In this document: positions 13,571 through 23,644 of the stretch, one piece after another
Layout of the letters: each line of letters opens with the position of its first letter
How positions within the stretch are numbered: the stretch's first letter is position 1
Source: a phage
Length of the DNA: 64,000 bases
Strand: one strand, 5' to 3'
Sequence record: PZ452596.1
The notes under the pieces: model-generated
The model's input: the letters and a program-made list of their open reading frames with translations, nothing else
Told to the model about the DNA's origin: nothing
Database searches by the model: none
Translations under genes and position numbers: made by a program

Positions 13571-13861
13571 TTTTTGAATTTTATCGAGCCACTTACCAAG
13601 CTTAATCATTTCTTTAGTAGCCTTTTCCATACTTCTGAACTTAACCAATAGAGGATAGGTATCGACACCCATAACTAAACTGGTTACAAGACTGTGTTCA
13701 CCCACAAGCCATAATGAATACGTTTGAATATCGAGCCCGTAATTTCTGTCTTTATGGACCCGTACACCCATCACTTCAAATTTCTCACTAGCTTTTTCTA
13801 CCGCATCCAGGAAATCATCTTTAGTCATATTAGGCCTTAAAAGTTTTTCGCAAAAGTTCAA
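13568..13861 (-). CDS. hypothetical protein (frd-32 cluster)
   Basis: 97-aa ORF. Confidence 0.5.
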   Translation of the reverse strand: MNFCEKLLRPNMTKDDFLDAVEKASEKFEVMGVRVHKDRNYGLDIQTYSLWLVGEHSLVTSLVMGVDTYPLLVKFRSMEKATKEMIKLGKWLDKIQK

Positions 13862-14216
13862 TGATTTCGTCTACATTGTTTTCGTCAACAATGCAGTGAA
13901 TTTTTGTTACGCCAGAAACCTTGTCTTCGATTTCATCTTCTTCAGAAGTCGGTTCTTTATATTCGCGGAAACAATAAAACTCTTCTTCACGAAGTTCAAA
14001 ATAATCATCATCCATACCATCATCATTATAGATTTCACCATTAGCACAAATGATTTCGGTTACATAATCAAAGCCATCTAAACTTAATATTGATTTAACT
14101 TCAAACCAACCACCATTTTCTTGAATGATGCCGACCATACTAGCATTTGATGAACTAATATCAATGAAAGATTTAATATGACGTGGATTTAACTCGTATT
14201 TTTTGCCGATTTCCAT
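13830..14216 (-). CDS. hypothetical acidic protein (frd-32 cluster)
   Basis: start taken at second ATG (14216), which has SD GAGGAAAA; 128 aa. Confidence 0.5.
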   Translation of the reverse strand: MEIGKKYELNPRHIKSFIDISSSNASMVGIIQENGGWFEVKSILSLDGFDYVTEIICANGEIYNDDGMDDDYFELREEEFYCFREYKEPTSEEDEIEDKVSGVTKIHCIVDENNVDEIIELLRKTFKA

Positions 14217-14238
14217 TTTGATTTTCCTCATTTTAATA

Positions 14239-14272
14239 GGGGCTTGATAGCCCCTTGATAACCCCTTGATAA
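14239..14272. repeat. short tandem repeat with hairpin potential
   Basis: GGGG CTTGATAG CCCC TTGATAA CCCC TTGATAA: about 2.5 copies of an 11-nt unit, intergenic. Confidence 0.6.
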
Positions 14273-14503
14273 TTATTGTTCAATCAGTCCCATGTAAAAT
14301 TCTGCGTCTTCAGAATCCATGCCATCACAATATTCATTAGCCATAAAGCGGGTGAGGTCTTCAAGAGGACCTTCAATGACAATAGAAAAATTGCAATAAT
14401 TGGGATCATCGTGAATACTTGTGATACTAAGTTCAGGATAACGATTACGAATAATTTCTTCGATATATTCAAAATCAACGATGTCAATATCAACTTTAGC
14501 CAT
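14273..14503 (-). CDS. hypothetical acidic protein (frd-32 cluster)
   Basis: start at MAKVDIDIV with SD AAAGAGGAAAA; 76 aa. Confidence 0.5.
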   Translation of the reverse strand: MAKVDIDIVDFEYIEEIIRNRYPELSITSIHDDPNYCNFSIVIEGPLEDLTRFMANEYCDGMDSEDAEFYMGLIEQ

Positions 14504-14529
14504 ATTATTTTCCTCTTTAATCATCAGCA

Positions 14530-14590
14530 GTATTGCCGATAGTTGTATAGTACCATGGAAGAACAGGGATGTAAACAGTTTTGCGAAAAA
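14530..14590 (-). promoter_or_regulatory. T4-type early promoter (repeat family copy)
   Basis: minus strand GTTTACA -spacer- GGTACTATACAACTATC...; shares ~45 bp with copies at 31205, 34836, 62068. Confidence 0.5.
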
Positions 14591-14607
14591 ATTTTTGAAA
14601 TAAAAAA

Positions 14608-14626
14608 GGGGACCCTAGAGGTCCCC
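14608..14626 (-). terminator. rho-independent terminator after gene 32
   Basis: GGGGACC-CTAGA-GGTCCCC hairpin followed on minus strand by TTTTTTATTT. Confidence 0.8.
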
Positions 14627-14649
14627 CAATTAATTAGTAATATAATCTA

Positions 14650-15558
14650 TTAAAGGTCATTCAAAAGGTCATCCAGGTCCGTGTCATCAGCACTAGATGA
14701 ACTGCCAGAGCTTGAGCTCATAAAATCATCTTCAGTTTTTGTATTGAAGTCATCAACATTGAATGCATCCAAATCATCAGCAACTTTATCAGCTTTCTTA
14801 GCAGCAGTTGCAGCGGCACCGCCCATCACAGCAGTTCCCATAACTTGACCGAATTTAGTATTCAGTTCTTCAAACGATTTGAATTTATCTTTAGAAGTCA
14901 TTTCAGAAAGGTCAACCATTTGTTCGAACAGTTCTTTCTGGAAAGATTCATCATCAATGTTTGGAATCGCAGATTGATTCAGGAATTTAGATTCATCGTA
15001 GTTACTAAATCCAGAAACTTGTTTAACTTTCAGTACAAAGTTAGCACCTTCCCACGGACAAGTTACATCAACCGGAGTTTCACCCATTTCGACATCAACT
15101 GCAATCATCGCGTTGATTTTATCCCAGATTTTCTTACCGAAACGGTATTTAAATACTTTACCTTCGTTTTCTGGAGCAGCTGGGTCTTTTACTACAAGAA
15201 TGTTAGCCCAGTAAGAAGTTTTGCGTTTAATAAGACTGTACTCTTTATTGTCAGTGTTGTATAGATCATTTTTACTAATGTACTGACATACTGGACAAGA
15301 ATCGTAATCACCGTGGGTAGATGAGCAATTTTCGATATACCATTTACCGTTTTTCTTGAAACCGTGATTTACAAGAATTGCGAATGGTGCTTGTTCATCA
15401 TTTTTAGACGGAAGAAAACGAATTACTGCTTGACCGTTACCCGCATTATCGAGTTTCAGTTTCCACTCGCCTTTATCTTCAGAAGAAAAACCACCTTTAT
15501 TTCCAGCCAGTTTAGCCATTTGTGCAGCGAGTTCAGCAGTAGATTTACGTTTAAACAT
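14650..15558 (-). CDS. 32: single-stranded DNA-binding protein gp32
   Basis: 302 aa, acidic Ser/Asp-rich C-terminal tail; matches T4 gp32. Confidence 0.95.
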   Translation of the reverse strand: MFKRKSTAELAAQMAKLAGNKGGFSSEDKGEWKLKLDNAGNGQAVIRFLPSKNDEQAPFAILVNHGFKKNGKWYIENCSSTHGDYDSCPVCQYISKNDLYNTDNKEYSLIKRKTSYWANILVVKDPAAPENEGKVFKYRFGKKIWDKINAMIAVDVEMGETPVDVTCPWEGANFVLKVKQVSGFSNYDESKFLNQSAIPNIDDESFQKELFEQMVDLSEMTSKDKFKSFEELNTKFGQVMGTAVMGGAAATAAKKADKVADDLDAFNVDDFNTKTEDDFMSSSSGSSSSADDTDLDDLLNDL

Positions 15559-15640
15559 TTTTATTTCCTTTTTAATTTAATTAACAGTTGGTGCTATGAC
15601 GATGTATGACCTCATAGCTGGTCAGTGAGATAATTATAAT
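15559..15640 (-). promoter_or_regulatory. gene 32 leader / autoregulatory translational operator region
   Basis: AU-rich unstructured leader UUAAAUUAAAAAGGAAAUAAAA before AUG; operator role known from T4. Confidence 0.5.
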
Positions 15641-15641
15641 C

Positions 15642-15649
15642 TATTTATA
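15642..15649 (-). promoter_or_regulatory. late promoter core TATAAATA upstream of gene 32
   Basis: exact TATAAATA on minus strand. Confidence 0.4.
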
Positions 15650-15657
15650 ATAAGCAA

Positions 15658-16311
15658 TTAATACTTGCAGGATTTCACAGTTTCAATGAAAACACTTTTA
15701 GCTTTCTGTGAATCAATATTTAAAATTTTTCTATAAGCTTTTAACTTTATAGAAAAATTATTCCAAACTAAATTATCAGTCTGTTCATCATGTTTATCAA
15801 TTATATTTAAAAACGAATCAAGTAAGATAAACGTCTCAAACGAAATTATATTCGATTGAAGCAGTTTAAAAATATAACTTGACTGAACTTTTGGATTATA
15901 TTCAAAGATTTCTTTAAAAGCAGAAACTTCAACTTTCTTACTAAAATAATAAATGTTGCGAATATCTTCTTCAAACTTAAATTTAATTTGCTTTAAGCGT
16001 CCGATATATTCACGATAAAACACAAGTGCATCAGCGTCAGAGATGTCACCAATCCAAGCATCTTGGTTAGCAACAAGATTGCTTATAAAGATTAAAGCAA
16101 GTTCCTTTAATTTATATTTTTCTGATAACTTCTGGAAAAAATACTTATCCCTTCGCTTTTGATAAGCGGCATCAGACACCCGCATGCACCAATTATACTT
16201 AATTACATCATACTTTCCATTCATATGCTGTTTTATCATTAAGTATAATTTATAAACTGATTTACCATCAATGTATCTTTCACCACCAGCAGGCATGCGG
16301 AGTTTAATCAT
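15658..16311 (-). CDS. 59: helicase loader gp59
   Basis: 217 aa, same length and position as T4 gp59. Confidence 0.9.
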   Translation of the reverse strand: MIKLRMPAGGERYIDGKSVYKLYLMIKQHMNGKYDVIKYNWCMRVSDAAYQKRRDKYFFQKLSEKYKLKELALIFISNLVANQDAWIGDISDADALVFYREYIGRLKQIKFKFEEDIRNIYYFSKKVEVSAFKEIFEYNPKVQSSYIFKLLQSNIISFETFILLDSFLNIIDKHDEQTDNLVWNNFSIKLKAYRKILNIDSQKAKSVFIETVKSCKY

Positions 16312-16646
16312 AGCAGAAAATCTAATGTATTAGTTTTTTCACAACGAACAACAGAAGGACGTAAAAGATTTTCGTCAATGGCTTCTGACTGAATTTTTTC
16401 AATTATACCCGAAGGAATAAATTTAGCAAATTGAGTTTCAGGAATAGAATTTTCTTCTAAGAATGCTGTTGTAGCTTCAAGATAACTCATTCCAAACTCT
16501 TCTACCATTTTTTCAATAATAAATCCATTTTCTTGACGATCAAGAAGCTTTGCGATTTCATCTTTTTCCTTTTTAAGGGAAAGTTCTTTTTCTGAAAGCC
16601 CGGCCTCATCGACCGGGCGAATATCATTTAGAGAAAACTGTGTCAT
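16308..16646 (-). CDS. 33: late transcription co-activator gp33
   Basis: 112 aa from MTQFSLNDIRP...; position 59-33-dsbA. Confidence 0.85.
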   Translation of the reverse strand: MTQFSLNDIRPVDEAGLSEKELSLKKEKDEIAKLLDRQENGFIIEKMVEEFGMSYLEATTAFLEENSIPETQFAKFIPSGIIEKIQSEAIDENLLRPSVVRCEKTNTLDFLL

Positions 16647-16893
16647 AAAGTTCAACTACCTCTTCAGTTTCAGCTTCAAACACATCACGGTTATCTTTAT
16701 GATACAAAGCTAATAGACGATTAAACATCTTACCATCAACGCCAAGTTCATCTTTGGCACGAATTCGAATGTCTTTAATCAATTCATTATAACCGGAAAT
16801 TTTCAGTTTATGATCAGATGCTTCTTTAATAAATTTAGCCAAGTCTTCGCCATGGATAGCTTCATCAAATTCAACCATTTCTTTTTTAGCCAT
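16624..16893 (-). CDS. dsbA: dsDNA-binding protein DsbA
   Basis: 89 aa, position between rnh and 33. Confidence 0.85.
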   Translation of the reverse strand: MAKKEMVEFDEAIHGEDLAKFIKEASDHKLKISGYNELIKDIRIRAKDELGVDGKMFNRLLALYHKDNRDVFEAETEEVVELYDTVFSK

Positions 16894-16901
16894 TATTCAC
16901 C

Positions 16902-17819
16902 TCAAAATTCATTAATGCTATTAGTTAATTTAGAAAGACCCGCTTTTACAAAATATGAATAAATTTTGCCACGCGGTGGTAATTTATATGAATTATAGTA
17001 ATTCACAATGTTTGAAGCAATATTATCAGGAATATAATCAAAATCAATTAGAACTAAATTTTCTTTATAACGATTATATTCAGATTCTGTGAGAAGCACC
17101 TTAGCTTGCTCACGGTCATTAGCAATAGCTTCAACGATTGAAGTTTTCATTGAAGGAGTTCGTTCACCTTCAACTTTGGTAAACCAAAAGTCAGATCGTA
17201 CTTTAACTGAAGCAACGTTATCCTTTTTGTCGCCTTTAAGGATTTTAGTCATACAGTCAATTTCAGCAGAACCGCTTTTAATTTTAACCCATTTCTTATG
17301 CATCGGTGACCATTGCTTAACATTTGGGTATTTGTGAAGTTGAGTAAAGTCACCATCCGATGAAATGATTAAAATCTTGTGTCCTTCTAAAGAGAACTTT
17401 TTAACAAGAACAGCAATGTGGTCATCTGCTTCATACTTATCAATATCCATAACAATGTATGGCATATAAGCTTTTAATTCATCTATAACTTTGTGGCTGG
17501 ATTCAAAATAACCTTCCCAGTCCCAAGTCGATTCTTCTCGTGCTTTTCCACGGTTTTTCTTGTAATAATACGCGAAATCACGACGCCAGTATCCAGATTT
17601 CGCGTTATCAATACACAGTACAATTTTAGTGTATCCAAGCGTTTTTGCTTTTTTGACATTAAACTTAATTGAGTTCAATATCAAATGACGAACCATTGAT
17701 AAATTAATTTTTTCTTTATCTGGGAAGTTTACCAGAGCAGTTGAAAGCGCAATTTGACTAAAGTCAATAAAGCAAATTCCTTCTTTGTAATCTTCATCCA
17801 GCATCATTTCTAAATCCAT
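16902..17819 (-). CDS. rnh: RNase H (5'-3' exonuclease, FEN family)
   Basis: 305 aa from MDLEMMLDEDYKEG...; matches T4 Rnh. Confidence 0.9.
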   Translation of the reverse strand: MDLEMMLDEDYKEGICFIDFSQIALSTALVNFPDKEKINLSMVRHLILNSIKFNVKKAKTLGYTKIVLCIDNAKSGYWRRDFAYYYKKNRGKAREESTWDWEGYFESSHKVIDELKAYMPYIVMDIDKYEADDHIAVLVKKFSLEGHKILIISSDGDFTQLHKYPNVKQWSPMHKKWVKIKSGSAEIDCMTKILKGDKKDNVASVKVRSDFWFTKVEGERTPSMKTSIVEAIANDREQAKVLLTESEYNRYKENLVLIDFDYIPDNIASNIVNYYNSYKLPPRGKIYSYFVKAGLSKLTNSINEF

Positions 17820-17881
17820 ATGAACCTCGTTCAATTAGTGAGATTTCTATTATATACCATCCAAATCTTAAAGTAAACAAG

Positions 17882-17889
17882 TATAAATA
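17882..17889 (+). promoter_or_regulatory. late promoter core (gene 34)
   Basis: exact TATAAATA about 35 nt upstream of gene 34 ATG. Confidence 0.7.
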
Positions 17890-17923
17890 CTTATTATTGA
17901 AAACACAATAGGAGCCCGGGAGA

Positions 17924-20900
17924 ATGGCCGAGATTAAAAGAAAGTTCAGAGCAGAAGATGGTCTGGACGCAGGTGGCGATAAAATAATCAACGTAGCTTT
18001 AGCTGATCGTGCCGTAGGAACTGACGGTGTTAACGTTGATTACTTAATTCAAGAAAACACAGTTCAACAATACGATCCAACTCGTGGATATTTAAAAGAT
18101 TTTGTAATCATTTATGATAACCGCTTTTGGGCTGCTATAAATGATATTCCAAAACCAGCAGGAGCTTTTAATAGCGTACGCTGGAGAGCGTTACGTACTG
18201 ATGCAAACTGGACAACTGTTTCATCAGGACCTTATCAATTAAAATCGGGTGAATCAATTTCAGTTGATACTGCAGCTGGTAATGACATTACATTTACTTT
18301 ACCATCTACCCCAATTGACGGTGATACTATCGTTCTCCAAGATATTGGAGGAAAACCTGGAGTTAATCAAGTTTTAATTACAGCTCCGGTACAAAGCATT
18401 GTAAATTTTAGAGGTCAGCAAGTACGTTCAGTACTAATGACTCATCCAAAATCACAGATAGTTTTAATTTTTAGTAATCGTCTGTGGCAAATGTATGTCG
18501 CTGATTATAGTAGAGAAGCTGTAGTTGTAACGCCTGCGAGTCTCTATCAGGCGCAATCAAACGATTTTATCGTACGTAGATTTACTTCTGCTTCAGCAAT
18601 TAATATTAAACTTCCAAGATTTGCCAATCATGGCGATATTATTAATTTCGTTGATTTGGATAAATTAAATCCTCTTTATCACACAATTGTTACTACATAT
18701 GATGAAACAACTTCAGTACAAGAAGTTGGAACTCATTCCATTGAAGGTCGTACATCGATTGACGGTTTCTTGATGTTTGATGATAATGAGAAATTGTGGA
18801 GATTGTTTGATGGGGATAGTAAAGCACGTTTACGCATTATAACAACTAATTCTAATATTCGTCCAAATGAAGAAGTCATGGTATTTGGCGCGAATAATGG
18901 AACAACCCAAACAATTGAACTTCAGCTTCCGACTGATATTTCTGTTGGTGATACTGTCAAAATTTCCATGAATTACATGAGAAAAGGACAAACGGTTAAA
19001 ATCAAAGCTGCAGGTGAAGATAAAATTGCTTCTTCAGTTCAATTGCTGCAATTCCCAAAACGCTCAGAATATCCACCTGAAGCTGAGTGGGTTACAGTTC
19101 AAGAATTAGTTTTTAACGGTGAAACTAATTATGTTCCAGTTTTGGAGCTTGCTTATATTGAAGATTCTGATGGAAAATATTGGGTTGTACAGCAAAACGT
19201 TCCAACTGTAGAAAGAGTAGATTCTTTAAATGATTCTACTAGAGCAAGATTAGGGGTAATTGCTTTAGCTACACAAGCTCAAGCTAATGCTGATTTAGAA
19301 AATTCTCCACAAAAAGAATTGGCAATTACTCCAGAAACGTTAGCTAATCGTACTGCTACAGAAACTCGTAGAGGTATTGCAAGAATAGCAACTACTGCTC
19401 AAGTTAACCAGGATACTACATTCTCTTTTGCTGATGATATTATCATCACTCCTAAAAAGCTGAATGAAAGAACAGCTACTGAAACTCGCAGAGGTGTTGC
19501 TGAAATTGCTACACAGCAAGAAACTAATACAGGAACCGATGATACTACAATCATCACTCCTAAAAAGCTTCAAGCTCGACAAGGTTCTGAATCATTATCT
19601 GGTATTGTAACTTTTGTATCTACTGCAGGTGCTACTCCAGCTTCTAGCCGTGAATTAAATGGTACGAATGTTTATAATAAAAACACTAATAATTTAGTTG
19701 TTTCACCTAAAGCTTTGGATCAGTATAAAGCTACTCCAACACAGCAAGGTGCAGTAATTTTAGCAGTTGAAAGTGAAGTAATTGCTGGACAAAGTCAGGA
19801 AGGATGGGCAAATGCGGTTGTAACACCAGAAACGTTACATAAAAAGACATCAACTGATGGAAGAATTGGTTTAATTGAAATTGCTACGCAAAGTGAAGTT
19901 AACACAGGAACTGATTATACTCGTGCAGTCACTCCTAAAACTTTAAATGACCGTAGAGCAACTGAAAGTTTAAGTGGTATAGCTGAAATTGCTACGCAAG
20001 TTGAATTCGACGCAGGCGTCGACGATACTCGTATCTCTACACCATTAAAAATTAAAACCAGATTTAATAGTACTGATCGTACTTCTGTTGTTGCTCTATC
20101 TGGATTAGTTGAATCAGGAACTCTCTGGGACCATTATACCCTCAATATTCTTGAAGCAAATGAGACACAACGTGGTACACTTCGTGTAGCTACACAAGTT
20201 GAAGCTGCTGCAGGAACATTAGATAATGTTTTAATAACTCCTAAAAAGCTTTTAGGTACTAAATCTACTGAAGCGCAAGAAGGTGTTATTAAAGTTGCAA
20301 CTCAGTCTGAAACTGTGACTGGAACATCAGCAAATACTGCTGTATCTCCAAAAAATTTAAAATGGATCGTGCAGAGCGAACCTACTTGGGCAGCAACTAC
20401 TGCAGTAAGAGGCTTTGTTAAAACTTCATCTGGTTCAATTACATTCGTTGGTAATGATACGGTAGGTTCAACACAGCCATTAGAATCATATGAGAAAAAT
20501 AGCTATGCAGTATCACCATATGAATTAAACCGTGTATTAGCAAATTATCTGCCGTTAAAAGCAAAAGCTGTAGATAGTAATTTATTGGATGGTCTAGATT
20601 CATCTCAGTTCATTCGTAGGGATATTGCGCAGACGGTTAATGGTTCACTAACCTTAACCCAACAAACGAATCTGAGTGCCCCTCTTGTATCATCTAGTAC
20701 TGCTACGTTTGGTGGTTCAGTTACGGCAAATAGTGTACTAACTATTTCTAATACTGGAACAGAAACTCATCTGATTTTTGAGAAAGGACCTCAAACTGGA
20801 ACTAACCAAGCACAGACGGTGACTATTAGAGTGTGGGGTAATCAATTTAGTGGGGAATCAGATACAACACGTTCTACTGTATTTGAAGTTGGTGATGAAA

Positions 20901-21793
20901 CGTCTAATCACTTTTATTCTCAGCGCAATAAAGCTGGAAATATAACATTTAATATCAACGGTACAGTAACACCTATAAATGTTAATGCTTCAGGAACATT
21001 GAATGCAAATGGTGTAGCAACATTTGGTAATTCAGTCACTGCAACTGGTGAAATTATTTCTCGAAGCGCAAATGCTTTCCGTGCTATTAACGGAAATTAT
21101 GGTTTCATTGTTCGCAATGATGGATCAGTAACGAATTTTATGCTTACTGCATCGGGTGATCAGACTGGCGGATTTAATGGATTGCGTCCTTTAGCTATCA
21201 ATAATGCATCTGGTCAAGTAACGATTGGTGAAAGCTTAATCATTGTCAAAGGTGCTACTATAACTTCAGGTGGTTTAACTGTTAACTCGAGAATTCGTTC
21301 TCAGGGTACTAAAACATCTGACTTATATACCCGTGCGCCAACATCTGATACTGTAGGATTCTGGTCAATCGATATTAACGATTCAGCCACTTATAACCAG
21401 TTCCCGGGTTATTTTAAAATGGTTGAAAAAACTAATGAAGTGACTGGACTTCCATACTTAGAACGTGGCGAAGAAGTTAAATCTCCTGGTACATTGACTC
21501 AGTTTGGTAATACACTTGATTCGCTTTACCAAGATTGGATTACTTATCCAACTACCCCAGAAGCACGCACCACTCGCTGGACACGTACATGGCAGAAAAC
21601 CAAAAACTCTTGGTCAAGTTTTGTTCAGGTATTTGACGGAGGTAACCCTCCTCAGCCATCTGATATTGGTGCTTTACCATCTGATAATGCTATAATGGGT
21701 AATCTTACTATTCGTGATTTCTTACGAATTGGTAATGTTCGCATTATTCCTGACCCAGTGAATAAAACTGTTAAATTTGAATGGGTTGAATAA
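17924..21793 (+). CDS. 34: long tail fibre proximal subunit gp34
   Basis: 1289 aa, same length as T4 gp34; SD AGGAG; late promoter TATAAATA upstream; internal fibre repeats. Confidence 0.95.
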   Translation: MAEIKRKFRAEDGLDAGGDKIINVALADRAVGTDGVNVDYLIQENTVQQYDPTRGYLKDFVIIYDNRFWAAINDIPKPAGAFNSVRWRALRTDANWTTVSSGPYQLKSGESISVDTAAGNDITFTLPSTPIDGDTIVLQDIGGKPGVNQVLITAPVQSIVNFRGQQVRSVLMTHPKSQIVLIFSNRLWQMYVADYSREAVVVTPASLYQAQSNDFIVRRFTSASAINIKLPRFANHGDIINFVDLDKLNPLYHTIVTTYDETTSVQEVGTHSIEGRTSIDGFLMFDDNEKLWRLFDGDSKARLRIITTNSNIRPNEEVMVFGANNGTTQTIELQLPTDISVGDTVKISMNYMRKGQTVKIKAAGEDKIASSVQLLQFPKRSEYPPEAEWVTVQELVFNGETNYVPVLELAYIEDSDGKYWVVQQNVPTVERVDSLNDSTRARLGVIALATQAQANADLENSPQKELAITPETLANRTATETRRGIARIATTAQVNQDTTFSFADDIIITPKKLNERTATETRRGVAEIATQQETNTGTDDTTIITPKKLQARQGSESLSGIVTFVSTAGATPASSRELNGTNVYNKNTNNLVVSPKALDQYKATPTQQGAVILAVESEVIAGQSQEGWANAVVTPETLHKKTSTDGRIGLIEIATQSEVNTGTDYTRAVTPKTLNDRRATESLSGIAEIATQVEFDAGVDDTRISTPLKIKTRFNSTDRTSVVALSGLVESGTLWDHYTLNILEANETQRGTLRVATQVEAAAGTLDNVLITPKKLLGTKSTEAQEGVIKVATQSETVTGTSANTAVSPKNLKWIVQSEPTWAATTAVRGFVKTSSGSITFVGNDTVGSTQPLESYEKNSYAVSPYELNRVLANYLPLKAKAVDSNLLDGLDSSQFIRRDIAQTVNGSLTLTQQTNLSAPLVSSSTATFGGSVTANSVLTISNTGTETHLIFEKGPQTGTNQAQTVTIRVWGNQFSGESDTTRSTVFEVGDETSNHFYSQRNKAGNITFNINGTVTPINVNASGTLNANGVATFGNSVTATGEIISRSANAFRAINGNYGFIVRNDGSVTNFMLTASGDQTGGFNGLRPLAINNASGQVTIGESLIIVKGATITSGGLTVNSRIRSQGTKTSDLYTRAPTSDTVGFWSIDINDSATYNQFPGYFKMVEKTNEVTGLPYLERGEEVKSPGTLTQFGNTLDSLYQDWITYPTTPEARTTRWTRTWQKTKNSWSSFVQVFDGGNPPQPSDIGALPSDNAIMGNLTIRDFLRIGNVRIIPDPVNKTVKFEWVE

Positions 21794-21801
21794 GAGGTAT
21801 T

Positions 21802-22917
21802 ATGGAAAAATTTATGGCAGAGTTTGGACAAGGATATGTCCAAACGCCATTTTTATCGGAAAGTAATTCAGTAAGATACAAAATAAGTATAGCGGGTTCT
21901 TGCCCGCTTTCTACTGCAGGACCATACGTTAAATTTCAGGATAATCCTGTAGGAAGTCAAACATTTAGCGCAGGCCTTCATTTAAGAGTTTTTGACCCTT
22001 CCACCGGAGCATTAGTTGATAGTAAGTCATATGCTTTTTCGACTTCAAATGATACTACATCAGCTGCCTTTGTTAGTTTCATGAATTCTTTTTCAAGTAA
22101 TAGACTTGTTGCTATATTAACTAGCGGAAAGGTTAATTTTCCTCCTGAGGTAGTATCTTGGCTAAGAGCCGCGGGAACGTCTGCTTTTCCATCTGATTCT
22201 ATATTGTCAAGATTTGACGTATCATATGCTGCCTTTTATACTTCTTCTAAAAGAGCTATTGCATTAGAACATGTTAAACTAAGTAATAGAAAAAGCACAG
22301 ATGACTATCAAACTATTTTAGATGTTGTATTTGACAGTTTAGAAGACGTTGGAGCTACGGGATTTCCTAAAAGAACATATGAAAGCGTTGAGCAATTTAT
22401 GTCAGCGGTTGGTGGAACTAATAACGAAATTGCACGTTTACCAACTTCATCCGCGATAAGTAAATTATCTGATTATAATTTAATTCCTGGCGATGTTCTT
22501 TATCTTAAAGCGCAGCTATATGCTGATGCCGATTTACTTGCGCTTGGAACTACAAATATATCTATCCGTTTTTATGATGAATCGAATGGATATATTTCTT
22601 CAACACATGCTGAGTTTACTGGACAAGCTGAGACATGGGAATTAAAGGAAGATTATGTAGTTATTCCAGAAAATGCAGTAGGATTTACAATATATGCACA
22701 AAGAACTGCACAAGCAGGTCAAGGTGGCATGAGGAATTTAAGTTTTTCTGAAGTATCAAGAAATGGCGGAATTTCAAAACCTGCAGAATTTGGCGTCAAT
22801 GGTATTCGAGTTAATTATGTCTGTGAATCTGCTTCACCTCCAGATATAATGGTACTTCCTACACAAGCATCGTCTAAAACTGGTAAAGTGTTTGGACAAG
22901 AATTTAGAGAAGTTTAA
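21802..22917 (+). CDS. 35: long tail fibre hinge (knee) protein gp35
   Basis: 371 aa, follows gene 34 by 8 nt. Confidence 0.9.
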   Translation: MEKFMAEFGQGYVQTPFLSESNSVRYKISIAGSCPLSTAGPYVKFQDNPVGSQTFSAGLHLRVFDPSTGALVDSKSYAFSTSNDTTSAAFVSFMNSFSSNRLVAILTSGKVNFPPEVVSWLRAAGTSAFPSDSILSRFDVSYAAFYTSSKRAIALEHVKLSNRKSTDDYQTILDVVFDSLEDVGATGFPKRTYESVEQFMSAVGGTNNEIARLPTSSAISKLSDYNLIPGDVLYLKAQLYADADLLALGTTNISIRFYDESNGYISSTHAEFTGQAETWELKEDYVVIPENAVGFTIYAQRTAQAGQGGMRNLSFSEVSRNGGISKPAEFGVNGIRVNYVCESASPPDIMVLPTQASSKTGKVFGQEFREV

Positions 22918-22922
22918 ATTGA

Positions 22923-22949
22923 GGGAGCCTTCGGGTTCCCTTTTTCTTT
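22923..22949 (+). terminator. rho-independent terminator after gene 35
   Basis: GGGAGCC-UUCG-GGUUCCC hairpin followed by TTTTTCTTT. Confidence 0.7.
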
Positions 22950-22961
22950 ATAAATACTATT
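22949..22961 (+). promoter_or_regulatory. late promoter (gene 36)
   Basis: exact TATAAATACTATT 19 nt upstream of gene 36 ATG. Confidence 0.75.
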
Positions 22962-22979
22962 AAAATAAAGGGGCATACA

Positions 22980-23636
22980 ATGGCTGATTTAAAAGTAGGT
23001 TCAACAACCGGAGGCTCTGTCATTTGGCATCAAGGAAATTTTCCATTGAATCCAGCCGGTGACGATGTACTCTATAAATCATTTAAAATATATTCAGAAT
23101 ATAACAAACCGCAGGCTGCTGATAACGATTTTGTTTCTAAAGCTAATGGTGGTACTTATTTAAATAAAGTAATTTTTAATAAAGGAATGACTGTTCCTGG
23201 CGCAGGGTCAGGCGATAATGGTATTTTTGCTGGTCCTGGTGATAGTGCCACGTATGATACTACAAATATGGATATTGTTTCGTGGTATGGTATTGGTTTT
23301 AAATCATCACAAGGAACAGCAGGTAGAACTGTAGTAATTAACACACGAAATGGAGATATTAGCTCAAAGGGCGTAATTGAAGCATCACAAATCCGTGTAA
23401 CTTCGTTATCACCAGTAAATAATTATGACCTTACGCGGAAAGATTATGTTGATGGAGCAATAAATATTGTTACAGCAAACGCAAACTCTAGGGTATTACG
23501 CTCTGGAGACACTATGACAGGAAATTTAACTGCGCCAAACCTTTTTTCACAGAATCCTGCATCTCAACCCTCACATGTTCCACGATTTGATCAAATTGTT
23601 ATTAAGGATTCTGTTCAAGATTTCGGCTATTATTAA
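22980..23636 (+). CDS. 36: long tail fibre distal connector gp36
   Basis: 218 aa; late promoter TATAAATACTATT immediately upstream. Confidence 0.9.
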   Translation: MADLKVGSTTGGSVIWHQGNFPLNPAGDDVLYKSFKIYSEYNKPQAADNDFVSKANGGTYLNKVIFNKGMTVPGAGSGDNGIFAGPGDSATYDTTNMDIVSWYGIGFKSSQGTAGRTVVINTRNGDISSKGVIEASQIRVTSLSPVNNYDLTRKDYVDGAINIVTANANSRVLRSGDTMTGNLTAPNLFSQNPASQPSHVPRFDQIVIKDSVQDFGYY

Positions 23637-23644
23637 GAGGACTT

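Noticed and set aside
19340-19582. 80-aa reverse-strand ORF inside gene 34
   Set aside because: Lies entirely antisense within a highly conserved 1289-aa tail fibre gene; Ser/Cys-rich low-complexity translation typical of antisense reading of repeats.
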